Part shown: one piece after another, positions 7,043 through 16,913 of the stretch
Layout of the letters: each line of letters starts with the position of its first letter
Numbering within the stretch: position 1 is the first letter of the stretch
IMG/VR virus record: IMGVR_UViG_3300030433_001888
Location: 1-34,025 of that record
Length of the DNA: 34,025 bases
Reading direction: 5' to 3' (one strand)
Source of the DNA: a virus
Lineage: Duplodnaviria; Caudoviricetes
Notes under the pieces: generated by a model
What the model saw: only the letters and a program-made list of their open reading frames with translations
The model's database searches: none
Told to the model about the DNA's origin: nothing
Position numbers and translations under genes: made by a program

Positions 7043-8653
7043 ATGGCCGACGAAACCGCACAGATATTGCTGAAGCGATTGGACAGTCTTGTTGTCCAAA
7101 GGCAGACCTGGGAAAGCCACTGGCAAGAGGTGGCTGACTATGTCGTGCCGCGAAAGGCCGATGTCACAAAGAACAGATCAGCCGGTGACAAGCGCTCCGA
7201 GCTGGTATTCGACGGCACGGCAATCCATGCCGCCGAGCTGTTGGCTGCATCTCTGCACGGAATGCTGACCAATGGCAGCACAAGCTGGTTCAGTCTGCGA
7301 TATTCAGACCGCGAGCTGAACGGCGATGATGAGGCTATGGAATGGCTGCAAAGCGTCGAAGACGTAATGTATCAGGCATTCAATCGCTCTAACTTTCAAG
7401 AGCAGATTGCGGAGCTTTACCTTGATCTAGTGACCTTTGGCACGGCAGTCATGTTTGTCGATAAGGATGAAGATCAGCAAGTCAGGTTTTCGACACGGCA
7501 CATTCGCGAATGCTTTTTGTCAGAGGACGATAAGGGGCGCGTCGATACTGTCTATCGTAAATTTAAGATGCCGGCGCGCGCTGCGATGCAGCGATTTGGG
7601 GACGAAAAGTTCGATAATAAAATTCAACAAAAAGCAGCAAAAAATCCCTATGAAGAAATCACACTGGTGCATGCTGTTTTCCCACGCGAAGAACGCGACG
7701 CCACCAAAGTCACAGCAGAAAACAAACCTTTCGCATCCGTTTACATTGAGCCGGATCAAAAAGTGGTGCTTTCCGAAAGCGGCTTTGACGAGTTCCCATA
7801 CATGGCGCCGCGATTTACCAAGGCCAGCTCCGAGCTGGGCTATGGGCGCAGCCCATCCATGACCGCGCTGCCGGACATTAAAATGCTGAACAAGATGTCT
7901 GAGGTGACTATCCGTGCCGCGCAAAAGCAGGTTGACCCACCGCTCTTGGTGCCAGACGACGGCTTCATGTTGCCGGTCAGAACCATACCAGGCGGCCTGA
8001 ACTTTTACCGCGCCGGCACACGCGACCGCATCGAACCGCTGAACATTGGCGCTAATAATCCGCTGGGCCTCAACATGGAAGAGCAGCGGCGGCAAGCCAT
8101 CCGCGCTGCATACTATGTAGACCAGCTCATTCTAGGCACCGGGCCGCAAATGACTGCAACGGAGGTTGTCCAGCGCACCGAAGAAAAAATGCGCCTGCTT
8201 GGCCCCCTGACCGGCCGGCTCAGCCAGGAGCTGCTGCAACCGCTGATTACGCGGGTCTATAGCATCCTGTCGCGGCAGAAAGCATATGAACCCGCACCGG
8301 AGTTCATGGTGAACCAGAACCTCGAAATCGAATATGTCAGCCCGTTGGCCAAAGCGCAGCGCCAGGGTGACATCCAGTCAATGACGCGGCTGCTTGAGCT
8401 GATGGCTCCTCTGACCCAGCTCGACCCGACAATCATGGACTACGTCGATAGCGACGGTATCTCCAAGCACCTCATTAAAATACTGGGTGTGCCGGCGACA
8501 GCCGTGCGGGGCGACCGCGAGGTAGCTCTCTTGCGCGCAGATCGCGAAGCACAACAGCAGGCAGCAGCCGAGCAAGCCGAGCTGATGCAAACCGCAGAGG
8601 CAGCAGGCAATGCAGCGCCGATGGTGCGCGCGATTGATGCGGTGCAGTCGTGA
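7043..8653 (+). CDS. Portal / head-to-tail connector (T7 gp8-like)
   Basis: 536 aa; WQEVADY, SNF, YGRSP, MTATEV..R.EE motifs. Confidence 0.95.
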   Translation: MADETAQILLKRLDSLVVQRQTWESHWQEVADYVVPRKADVTKNRSAGDKRSELVFDGTAIHAAELLAASLHGMLTNGSTSWFSLRYSDRELNGDDEAMEWLQSVEDVMYQAFNRSNFQEQIAELYLDLVTFGTAVMFVDKDEDQQVRFSTRHIRECFLSEDDKGRVDTVYRKFKMPARAAMQRFGDEKFDNKIQQKAAKNPYEEITLVHAVFPREERDATKVTAENKPFASVYIEPDQKVVLSESGFDEFPYMAPRFTKASSELGYGRSPSMTALPDIKMLNKMSEVTIRAAQKQVDPPLLVPDDGFMLPVRTIPGGLNFYRAGTRDRIEPLNIGANNPLGLNMEEQRRQAIRAAYYVDQLILGTGPQMTATEVVQRTEEKMRLLGPLTGRLSQELLQPLITRVYSILSRQKAYEPAPEFMVNQNLEIEYVSPLAKAQRQGDIQSMTRLLELMAPLTQLDPTIMDYVDSDGISKHLIKILGVPATAVRGDREVALLRADREAQQQAAAEQAELMQTAEAAGNAAPMVRAIDAVQS

Positions 8654-8874
8654 GGCAGCCGGAAGATACGGTCGAGCTGTATAAGCAAGTTTTTGACACC
8701 GAGGACGGCGACAAAGTTCTTTACGATTTGGGTCTTAGATTTTGCGAGCAAAGCTCGACATTTTCGACCGACCCATGCGAGACAGCCTACCGTGAAGGCC
8801 AGCGCACGGTGGTGCTATTTATTAGATCAATGCTGCGCGACAAACCAAACGAAGAGGAAACCGTTTCGATATGA
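8650..8874 (+). CDS. Bbp19-like small protein
   Basis: YKQVF.TEDG.KVL.DL...TAYREGQR.VV. Confidence 0.75.
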   Translation: MRQPEDTVELYKQVFDTEDGDKVLYDLGLRFCEQSSTFSTDPCETAYREGQRTVVLFIRSMLRDKPNEEETVSI

Positions 8875-9698
8875 GTGATGAACAGGTAGCTGAGGTCTCT
8901 GCTGATGCAGAGGTAGCCCAGTCTGTTGCTAGTCCAGAAGACTGGCGCACTGGTATACCCGAAGAAATTCGGGGTCATAAATCTTTAGAACACATTAGCG
9001 ATGTAGGGGCTTTGGCTAAATCCTATGTAAATGCGCAGTCCATGATTGGCGCAGACAAGGTTGCCATCCCCGGCAAGCATGCGACGCCGGAAGACTGGGA
9101 CGAGGTCTATCGTCGGCTTGGGCGACCTGACACGCCCGATGAGTACGAGCTGGTCAACGAGGTGCCGGACGGCGTCGCAGTCGATGACGACCTTGTGAGC
9201 TGGTTCAAAGGGGCGGCGCATGAGGTGGGGCTGACAGAAGGCCAGGCCCAAAAACTGCTCGCAGGTTATAATGAGATGCTTGGCAACAGCGTCGCAATGA
9301 ACGACGGACAGATTGAGCAGATCAGAACCGAAACGGAAATCGAACTTAAAAAGGAATATGGCGCGGCTTTTGATGACCGGCTTGGCAATGCCAATGCTGT
9401 CATGGATGAATTTGCAGTCGAGGGTTTGACCGAGCTGCAAATGGCCGATGGCACATTGCTGGGCGATCACCCAGAGGTTATTCGCATGATGGTCAACATA
9501 AGCGAGTTTATAAACACCAAGATTGGTGAGGATAGCCTTGAGGGCATGAAGACATCCGGCGAGATGACCACAGCCGATGTGCGCGAAAGGTTGTCAGAGC
9601 TAACTGCTACGGGTTCACCGTATTGGGATCAGAAACACCCAGAGCATGATTTCTTTGTGACCGAGGCATTACGTCTACGCGAAATGTCAGATGTCTGA
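8871..9698 (+). CDS. Capsid scaffolding protein
   Basis: Acidic; LAKSY, LGRP.TP..Y, GLT..QAQ, LGDHP; located between portal and capsid. Confidence 0.85.
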   Translation: MSDEQVAEVSADAEVAQSVASPEDWRTGIPEEIRGHKSLEHISDVGALAKSYVNAQSMIGADKVAIPGKHATPEDWDEVYRRLGRPDTPDEYELVNEVPDGVAVDDDLVSWFKGAAHEVGLTEGQAQKLLAGYNEMLGNSVAMNDGQIEQIRTETEIELKKEYGAAFDDRLGNANAVMDEFAVEGLTELQMADGTLLGDHPEVIRMMVNISEFINTKIGEDSLEGMKTSGEMTTADVRERLSELTATGSPYWDQKHPEHDFFVTEALRLREMSDV

Positions 9699-9864
9699 CC
9701 GAGAGTTCCGGCTTGAGGTCTTGCGGCTGACGCTGGAGACAGCCTCGGCAGCCATAATACAAAACCCGCTTGCTCAAGCGGATAAGAATTTGCAGTGGTG
9801 CTTGCAGCCCCTTGATAAGCCAGTGGCCCAAGGTAAAAAGGCACCCAGCAAAAAATCCAGATAA
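9691..9864 (+). CDS. 57-aa hypothetical protein (not in the ORF track)
   Basis: 8-bp overlap with the scaffold stop; MSDREFRLEVLRLTLETASAAIIQNPLAQADKNLQWCL... Confidence 0.6.
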   Translation: MSDREFRLEVLRLTLETASAAIIQNPLAQADKNLQWCLQPLDKPVAQGKKAPSKKSR

Positions 9865-9967
9865 CCATTCGGCCTGGTCGGCGCAACCGTCATTGCAAAA
9901 CCTTTTCGTCCACCATTCTGGTGGGTAGCGAACCCTAAACGCAATCGTGATGAAAGGAGGTACTCAA

Positions 9968-10831
9968 ATGAGTACACAAATCACAACTGCGTTTTCACAA
10001 CAGTTCAGCGCTAACGTGCAACTGCTTTCCCAGCAGATGGGTTCCATCCTAAGAGGTGGCGTATCTGAGGAAGCAGTGACCGGCGAAAAAGCATTTTTCG
10101 ACCAAGTCGGTAGCGCCGCTGCTGTAAAACGCACCAGCCGCCACGGGGACACCCCCACGGTGGACACACCCCATAGCCGCCGCATGGTGACTATGGACAG
10201 CTACGAGTGGGCTGACCTTATCGACGATGCCGATAAAGTTCGCATGCTCATTGATCCCACATCAACCTATGCCAGAGCTGCTGCCGCAGCCATTGGCCGG
10301 TCAATGGATGACAGCATTATTGAAGCTGCTATTGGCACGGCGAAGACCGGCAAGTCCGGCGGGACAAGCACAACCATGCTTTCTGCAAACCAGATTGCAA
10401 ACGGTTCTGCCGACCTGACCCTGGCAAAGCTCATTGAGGCCAAGAAAATTCTTGACCTTGGCTCGGTTGACCCGTCGATCCCACGTCATATCGCCGTGGG
10501 GCCAGACCAGATCGAAGCCCTGTTGAACTCCACGACTGTAACGTCGTCAGACTTCAACACGGTCAAAGCTCTGGTTCAGGGTGAGATCAATAGCTTCATG
10601 GGCTTTCAGTTTCATGTCACCACACGTTTGACTAAATCAGGCAACATCCGCTCATGCTTTGCATGGGCCGAGGACGGCATCAAGCTTGCCGTTGGCAAGG
10701 ATGTCCAAAGCCGGATTGATGAACGTGCCGATAAATCATATTCGACGCAGGTGTACTACTGCGCTTCTTTCGGGGCGACCCGCATGGAAGAAGCTAAGGT
10801 GGTTCAGATTGACTGCGACGAGAGCGCATAG
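9968..10831 (+). CDS. Major capsid protein
   Basis: AAGGAGG RBS; MSTQITTAF.QQFS.NV.LLSQQ.GS.LR, HSRR, DKVRMLIDP, GATRMEE. Confidence 0.9.
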   Translation: MSTQITTAFSQQFSANVQLLSQQMGSILRGGVSEEAVTGEKAFFDQVGSAAAVKRTSRHGDTPTVDTPHSRRMVTMDSYEWADLIDDADKVRMLIDPTSTYARAAAAAIGRSMDDSIIEAAIGTAKTGKSGGTSTTMLSANQIANGSADLTLAKLIEAKKILDLGSVDPSIPRHIAVGPDQIEALLNSTTVTSSDFNTVKALVQGEINSFMGFQFHVTTRLTKSGNIRSCFAWAEDGIKLAVGKDVQSRIDERADKSYSTQVYYCASFGATRMEEAKVVQIDCDESA

Positions 10832-10844
10832 GAGGGCTTGAGAA

Positions 10845-11309
10845 ATGGCTACTGTTTATAGCACTCAGCGCACGACGCTGACCCAGGACGACCCCTCTGA
10901 TTTCGTGAAAGCCAACGAGCTTAGCGGCGAGGTGCGTGTTGCACACGGCACATATGAGGCATCCTCTTTGGCATCAGGCGATGTCATTGAGATGTTTGCA
11001 TTGCCCAATGGCGCGCGCATTCTGCAAGGCCAGTTGGCGCACGACGCACTGGGTTCGTCTACCACGTTGTCTGTTGGGTTTGCAGCCCACACCAACTCTG
11101 CCGGCACCGCAGTTTCTGCGTCTGCCGCAGCGTACAAAGCTGCCGCCGCTTCAACGTCAGCTCAGATCGTGGACATTGCTGCCACGCTCGCTTTGCTAAA
11201 TGGTGAAGAGGTTGACGCCAACGAAGACGGCAAGGTCGTAACTGTGACGATGGGAGGTGCCGCCGGCACTGGCTCAATCGCAGTGACGATGCTTTACGTC
11301 ACCAACTAG
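10845..11309 (+). CDS. Putative capsid decoration/minor capsid protein
   Basis: Strong RBS, beta-rich, LP.GARI motif; follows capsid and precedes a terminator. Confidence 0.65.
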   Translation: MATVYSTQRTTLTQDDPSDFVKANELSGEVRVAHGTYEASSLASGDVIEMFALPNGARILQGQLAHDALGSSTTLSVGFAAHTNSAGTAVSASAAAYKAAAASTSAQIVDIAATLALLNGEEVDANEDGKVVTVTMGGAAGTGSIAVTMLYVTN

Positions 11310-11311
11310 GT

Positions 11312-11348
11312 GAAGGGGGGCGGCTCCGGCTGCCCCCTTTTTTTTCTT
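11312..11348 (+). terminator. Rho-independent terminator
   Basis: GGGGGCGGC-TCCG-GCTGCCCCC followed by a T-run. Confidence 0.85.
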
Positions 11349-11360
11349 TGGGGATATAAA

Positions 11361-11951
11361 ATGGCAAGCATTGTTGACATTTGTAACAGCGCGCTTAATC
11401 AGATTGGCGCGTCCAACATTATTGATTTGACCGAGGATAGTAAGGCCGCGCGCATATGTAATCAGCGGTTCGCCTTTGTGCGCGACAGCGTGTTCCGCGC
11501 GCACCCATGGAACTGCCTGACCACACGCGCGTCGATATCGCCCGACGCCGAAACACCAGCATTCGAGTTTTCACAGCAGTTTACACTGCCGACCGATCCG
11601 TTTTGCCTGCGCGTACTACAGCTCAGCGACACAGACATCTTATACAAGATTGAGGGCCGCAAGCTCTTGTGCAACGAAAGCACCATCGAAATGATTTACA
11701 TTGGGCGGGTGCTGGATGGCAATCAGTATGATCTGCTTTTGACCGAAACCATTGCTGCCGCACTCGCAGCCGATCTAGCCTATCCCTTGGTGGGCAGCTC
11801 GGCGCTCACGTCCAATATGTATTCGCTTTATCAAAACAAATTGACTGAAGCGCGTTTCGTTGATGCGACGGAAGATAACGATATAAACACCTCAGTTATT
11901 TCTGACAGCCGGACGGTTGCTGCCGACACCTTCATCAATTCGAGGTTCTGA
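11361..11951 (+). CDS. Tail tubular protein A / adaptor (gp11-like)
   Basis: MASIVDICNSAL..IGA, HPWN, LP.D.LR. Confidence 0.85.
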   Translation: MASIVDICNSALNQIGASNIIDLTEDSKAARICNQRFAFVRDSVFRAHPWNCLTTRASISPDAETPAFEFSQQFTLPTDPFCLRVLQLSDTDILYKIEGRKLLCNESTIEMIYIGRVLDGNQYDLLLTETIAAALAADLAYPLVGSSALTSNMYSLYQNKLTEARFVDATEDNDINTSVISDSRTVAADTFINSRF

Positions 11952-14224
11952 TGGCGAAGGCGTCACCAGCGTTTACAAACTTTACTGCAGGCGAGCTGTC
12001 GCCTCGGCTGGATGGCCGGACAGACCTTGCAAAATACCAGAACGGGTGTAAGACGCTTCAAAACTTTATTGTGCATCCGCACGGCGGCGCGAGCCGCAGG
12101 CCAGGCACAACTTTTGTGCGCGAGGTCAAAAACAGCGCAAATGCCGCCAGGCTCATACCTTTTGAGTTTAATGTCACACAAACATACATTCTTGAGTTTG
12201 GTGACCAGTATTTTCGCATTCACAAAGACGGCGGCACGGTTGTGTCGAGCGGCAGCCCGGTCGAGGTGACAACACCATATGCGCACACCGATCTGGATAA
12301 GCTGAAGTTTACACAAAGCGCGGATGTGATGTACATCGTCCACCCAGATTTTGCGCCGCGCAAAATTACTCGGACAAGCCACACGGCATGGACAATCACA
12401 GAGGTTGATTTTTTGCGCGGCCCGATGGGTGAGGCCAACACAAGCTCGACAACTTTGCTAGCCAGTGGGCGCACCGGCTCAGTGACAATCACAGCCAGCG
12501 CAAGTGTTTTTGTCAGCACCGACGTGGGGCGCTTGGTGCAACTGCATGAGGGCTTTGCAAAAATTACAGGCTTTACCAGCGCAACGAGCGTAACAGCCAC
12601 TGTGCAAGATAATGCTGAGGGGCGCGCGGAGCTGACGCCCAGCTACACGGCGACGACAATATCCGCGCATGAGGGCGACCCCAGCGCCACCGGCCTCGAA
12701 CACAATGACCGATATCAAGACACGGCCGGACAGTTTGTCGAGCAGGGTTTCAAGGTGGGTCAAAAAGTAGTTGTGACGGGCTTCACGTCGGCGGCAAACA
12801 ATGAGACCAGCGCAATTATTGTGCGCGCCACTGACGATACGATGCTGCTTGCACCCAGCTCTGATTTGGTTGATGAGGCCGCCGGTGACAGCGTTACCAT
12901 TGCAGGCAAGCTTGAGGCATCAACAGAGTGGGCCTTGGGCGCGTTCTCAACCGCAACGGGGTTTCCGGCAGCGGTCACGTTTTACGAACAGCGCCTGGTG
13001 TTTGCTTCTACAACGTCGCAGCCCCAGACGTTGTTTTTCAGTGTGGGCGGTAGTTTTGAGGATTTCGCAGCAGGCACTGATGGCGATGATGCGCTGACAT
13101 ACACGCTCGGCTCAAACCAGGTAAATATCATTCGATATCTGCAGGCCGGTCGTGTTTTGCTGGTAGGAACAAGCGGCGGCGAATTTGTTGTAACCAGCTC
13201 GGAAGACGCGCCGCTGTCGCCGACAAACGCTGTGGTGAAGCGGCAGGCTACCTATGGGTCGGCAGACATACAGCCGGTGCAGGTCGCAAACGTCACGCTG
13301 TTCGTGCAGCGCGCAAAGCGCAAGCTGCGCGAGCTGGTGTTTGATCTGAACACTGACAGCTATCAGGCACCCGACATGACCCTGCTCGCTGAGCATATTA
13401 CCGAAAGCGGGATCAAAGAGATGTCGCTACAACAAGAGCCGGACAATGTCGTCTGGTGTGTCCTTGAGAACGGCAAGTTTGTCGGAATGACATACCGGCG
13501 TGAAGAAAACGTCGTGGCCTGGCATGAGCATTTGCTGGGTGGTGCTTTTGGCTCCGACGCCTTTGGGCATGCCGAAAGTGTTGCCACCATACCTGGCGAT
13601 CTGAACGAGGACGACACCTATCTGGTGGTCAAACGCACCATAGGTGGCGCGACGAAACGCTTCATAGAATATTTTAAGACGTTTGATTTTGGCGAAGATG
13701 TCGAGGACGCATTTTTCGTAGACAGTGGCGCGACGTATTCAGGATCGGCGGCTACAAACATTACCGGCCTGGATCACCTGGAGGGGCAGACCGTTAGCAT
13801 ATTAGCCAATGGAGCTGTCCACCCAGACAAGGTTGTAAGCAGTGGCGCTGTAACTCTGGATTTTTCTGTGACCAAGGCGCATATCGGCCTCAACTTTACC
13901 AGCACTTTGCAGACCATGCGCATCGATGCCGGCGGGACAGAAGGCACCGCACAGGGCAAGACGAAGCGCATACATGAGGTCGTGTTGCGCTTGTTCCGCA
14001 CAGTCGGCGTGTTGGTCGGTTCGTCAGAAACAGAAATAGATCGAATACCGTTTCGCTCATCTGCCGGTGCAATGACCAGCGCAACTTCGCTTTTTACTGG
14101 CGACAAAGAGATTGAATTTCGCGGCGGCTTTGACACTGACGGGTTTATTGTTGTGCAGCAGAACCAGCCTCTGCCGCTGACAATCATCGGCATATTCCCA
14201 AGGCTGATTACATATGACCAATGA
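11951..14224 (+). CDS. Tail tubular protein B / nozzle (gp12-like)
   Basis: NFTAGELSP.L.GR.D, GG..RRPGT, QSADV, EQRL, AWH, HLEG. Confidence 0.9.
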   Translation: MAKASPAFTNFTAGELSPRLDGRTDLAKYQNGCKTLQNFIVHPHGGASRRPGTTFVREVKNSANAARLIPFEFNVTQTYILEFGDQYFRIHKDGGTVVSSGSPVEVTTPYAHTDLDKLKFTQSADVMYIVHPDFAPRKITRTSHTAWTITEVDFLRGPMGEANTSSTTLLASGRTGSVTITASASVFVSTDVGRLVQLHEGFAKITGFTSATSVTATVQDNAEGRAELTPSYTATTISAHEGDPSATGLEHNDRYQDTAGQFVEQGFKVGQKVVVTGFTSAANNETSAIIVRATDDTMLLAPSSDLVDEAAGDSVTIAGKLEASTEWALGAFSTATGFPAAVTFYEQRLVFASTTSQPQTLFFSVGGSFEDFAAGTDGDDALTYTLGSNQVNIIRYLQAGRVLLVGTSGGEFVVTSSEDAPLSPTNAVVKRQATYGSADIQPVQVANVTLFVQRAKRKLRELVFDLNTDSYQAPDMTLLAEHITESGIKEMSLQQEPDNVVWCVLENGKFVGMTYRREENVVAWHEHLLGGAFGSDAFGHAESVATIPGDLNEDDTYLVVKRTIGGATKRFIEYFKTFDFGEDVEDAFFVDSGATYSGSAATNITGLDHLEGQTVSILANGAVHPDKVVSSGAVTLDFSVTKAHIGLNFTSTLQTMRIDAGGTEGTAQGKTKRIHEVVLRLFRTVGVLVGSSETEIDRIPFRSSAGAMTSATSLFTGDKEIEFRGGFDTDGFIVVQQNQPLPLTIIGIFPRLITYDQ

Positions 14225-14667
14225 GAATAATCGATTACCAGCAAGACCATCTGCATGACCTGATGGATGGGCCTCTTAATGACGGCGCGGTAAAAAACAT
14301 TGGCTATATGAAGGACTGGGCAGAAACGCTGCAACAGCCAGGCTGGTCGTTCACATTAATCGAACACGGTCACATTATATGTTGCGCAGGCATCGTAGAT
14401 ATGTGGCCAGGCGTCGGCGAGGCGTGGTTTATCGCCAGCAATAAAATACACGACTACCCGCGCAAATTTATCCGCTTTGCCAGGACGGATGTAATGCAGA
14501 GGGTTATTGACGAAAACGGATTGTGGCGCGTCCAGGCAGTCTGCAAATCAGACTGGCCGGTCGCGCTAAAGTTTGCGCGCTTCATGGGTTTCGAGGTCGA
14601 GGGCGTGATGCGCAAATACGGGCCGGAAGGCATGGACTACACACGAGTAGCATGGGTGAAAAAATGA
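14221..14667 (+). CDS. GNAT-fold protein (T7 gp13-like position)
   Basis: GVGEAW, RVQA, FARFMGFEVEGVMRKYG. Confidence 0.7.
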   Translation: MRIIDYQQDHLHDLMDGPLNDGAVKNIGYMKDWAETLQQPGWSFTLIEHGHIICCAGIVDMWPGVGEAWFIASNKIHDYPRKFIRFARTDVMQRVIDENGLWRVQAVCKSDWPVALKFARFMGFEVEGVMRKYGPEGMDYTRVAWVKK

Positions 14668-15110
14668 GCTTTTTGTTTCCAATCGCAGCGGGTCGCCAAG
14701 AGCAGGCCGCTTATAATTACAATGCAGATATTAACGAGCGAAATGCAAAGGTGGCCGAACAAGAGGCAGCCCAGCTTGTTTTTCAAGAAGAGCAAAACAT
14801 TGTCCAGTTTCGCGAGGACATTTCTGATCTGCAAGACGCTACGGGCCAGGCGTTTAGATACAACGGCTGGATTGCTGACGAAGGCACACCCTTAAAGGTG
14901 GCCTTGGCAAACGCCCAAGAGGCTGACGAGGAAATAGCTATACGACGTTACAATGCGCAAGTTGGCAGGCGGGAATATTTAGAAGGCGCAGCCCAAGAAC
15001 GCATGCAAGGCACACTGAACAGGATGTATGGGCAGGCCGCTCGTCGGGCTGGTCAATATGGTGCGATAGGTAGCCTTCTAGGCTCCGCTTCTCGTGTGGC
15101 TCAAGCCTAA
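14664..15110 (+). CDS. Internal virion/ejection protein (gp14-like)
   Basis: ATGA overlap; Ala/Gln-rich helical with GTPL motif. Confidence 0.7.
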   Translation: MSFLFPIAAGRQEQAAYNYNADINERNAKVAEQEAAQLVFQEEQNIVQFREDISDLQDATGQAFRYNGWIADEGTPLKVALANAQEADEEIAIRRYNAQVGRREYLEGAAQERMQGTLNRMYGQAARRAGQYGAIGSLLGSASRVAQA

Positions 15111-16894
15111 TGAAGGTGCCAACGTATCAGCGCCAGACACAGCGCACTGCGTCAACAGGGGCTAGAAATTTTTCCGTTCGCGCAAATCCAAGTGCCTTAT
15201 CGGCTGACATTAGAGCGCTTGGTGGGGCCGTGGGTGTTGTTGAAAATATCGGCCTTGATTTTTACGAGCGCCAAAAATCCGAGCAGCGCGATGCTGAGGT
15301 TACGGACAACGAAAATAAATTTAAGGTTTTTGCTCAGGAATTGCTTTTCGGGTCAAAGAGCGAAGACCCTACGACGGTGCTGCAAGGAAACCGCAACACA
15401 CCAAGCTTTGAGGATCGCCTGGAAACCCAAATACAAAAACAGGCAGCCGAAATAAGCGACACAAAAACTCGTAAAAAGTTTTTGACTGTGGCGCGCGCCT
15501 CAGCGCTTGGCACCGTCATTTCGGCAAATCAGGACGCTCGCAATCGACAAATTGATGGGAACAAGGCAATCGAGCTTGAGCGAGCTGATGTCTTAATAAA
15601 GCAAGCTTTCAGTGGAAACAGATACGAGCGAGAGATAGCCTACTCGGAGTTATTTGGCATTGGTGAGCTGCCCGGTCTTTATGACACTATGGCTGCGCGC
15701 GGCCATATAACCCAGACCCAGGCAGTTACCTTTAAAAGAACGGCGCGGGGCCGGATTGCTACTGGTGATGTGCAAAGCCGGATACTGGACGCCAGCGTAA
15801 GCAAAGACCCAGCGCGCGCAAGACAATTATTTGAGCAGCTATCAAGCAGAAAAGAATTTCCTGATTTGAAGCCGGAAGATCGCGACAGGTTTCAGAGGCA
15901 GGCTTTAAGGCTTGAAGAAAGTTTGTCCAATGAGCAGGTGCGCAGATTAGAACAACAAGACAGACTTGATAAAAAAGCGCGCACAGATCGCCACAGAACT
16001 AACGCCAGTGATTTGCATCGCCGCATTGTATCAGCCCAGCAAAACCCAAGTGACGCAAAAGAACAGGCCGGCATGCCAACCGAACTGGAATTGGTGCAGA
16101 AGCTAGAGAATGATGAAATTAGCCAGGACACCTATAACTATACTCTGAAAATATTGCGCGGTGGCGAGGTTACAGAAGACAAGCGGCTGATTGCGGAGAT
16201 TAACGCCGACATTATGTCAGCCGAGACCACAGAGGAAATCGAGGCAATCAACCAGCGATTGGACGCTAACCAGGGCATCAGAATTGGCTTTGAAAAGGTT
16301 GAGCAACTCAGAGAGCGCGCAGCGCTAAGGGGGGGCAAGTCTCCACTCTCACGAGAAATCAAGCGGTATCATGACACTCTAAAGGCTCAGATAGGGCTGA
16401 CACAAAAAGTAACCGCAGCTGGAATACTGCCTCAAGATCCGTTTGAAATAGATTTGGCTGACGATGCTATAGAGACATATTTCGATCTGACCACGAACCT
16501 TGGTGATATAAACGCAAACCTCTCGCCGAAAGAGGCATATCTTCAAGTGCGCGAACAATTCACCCGCGCGCAGGACGAAGACCTGGAGTTTTTGGTGCCG
16601 TTGCCCTTTGTTGTTGATTATCTCAGCGATGAGGCTACCGGGCTTAAAAAAGTTAAAGAACTGACATTGCAAGACATTATAGAGGGCCGCGAAAGAATAC
16701 AGAAAAACAAAAACCTGTCTCAAATGCAACGCGCGCTTGAATTAGAAACGCTTGGATTTATAGCGGAAAGAATAGCTAGAAAATCGGTAGAGCCACCGCC
16801 AGTGCCAAAAGAGAACGATCAGTCTGACCAAGATTACTTTAACTTTTTTACCAACTTTTTAAACCGCTCTGAGCCGGACTACGAGTTAAAATGA
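15110..16894 (+). CDS. Internal virion/ejection protein (gp15-like)
   Basis: MKVPTY start, 594 aa, helical; synteny. Confidence 0.7.
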   Translation: MKVPTYQRQTQRTASTGARNFSVRANPSALSADIRALGGAVGVVENIGLDFYERQKSEQRDAEVTDNENKFKVFAQELLFGSKSEDPTTVLQGNRNTPSFEDRLETQIQKQAAEISDTKTRKKFLTVARASALGTVISANQDARNRQIDGNKAIELERADVLIKQAFSGNRYEREIAYSELFGIGELPGLYDTMAARGHITQTQAVTFKRTARGRIATGDVQSRILDASVSKDPARARQLFEQLSSRKEFPDLKPEDRDRFQRQALRLEESLSNEQVRRLEQQDRLDKKARTDRHRTNASDLHRRIVSAQQNPSDAKEQAGMPTELELVQKLENDEISQDTYNYTLKILRGGEVTEDKRLIAEINADIMSAETTEEIEAINQRLDANQGIRIGFEKVEQLRERAALRGGKSPLSREIKRYHDTLKAQIGLTQKVTAAGILPQDPFEIDLADDAIETYFDLTTNLGDINANLSPKEAYLQVREQFTRAQDEDLEFLVPLPFVVDYLSDEATGLKKVKELTLQDIIEGRERIQKNKNLSQMQRALELETLGFIAERIARKSVEPPPVPKENDQSDQDYFNFFTNFLNRSEPDYELK

Positions 16895-16913
16895 GCAAAG
16901 AACAGGTAACACA

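Noticed and set aside
16071-16080. Extra GCATGCCAAC arm-like site
   Set aside because: Single partial copy inside a CDS; compatible with chance.
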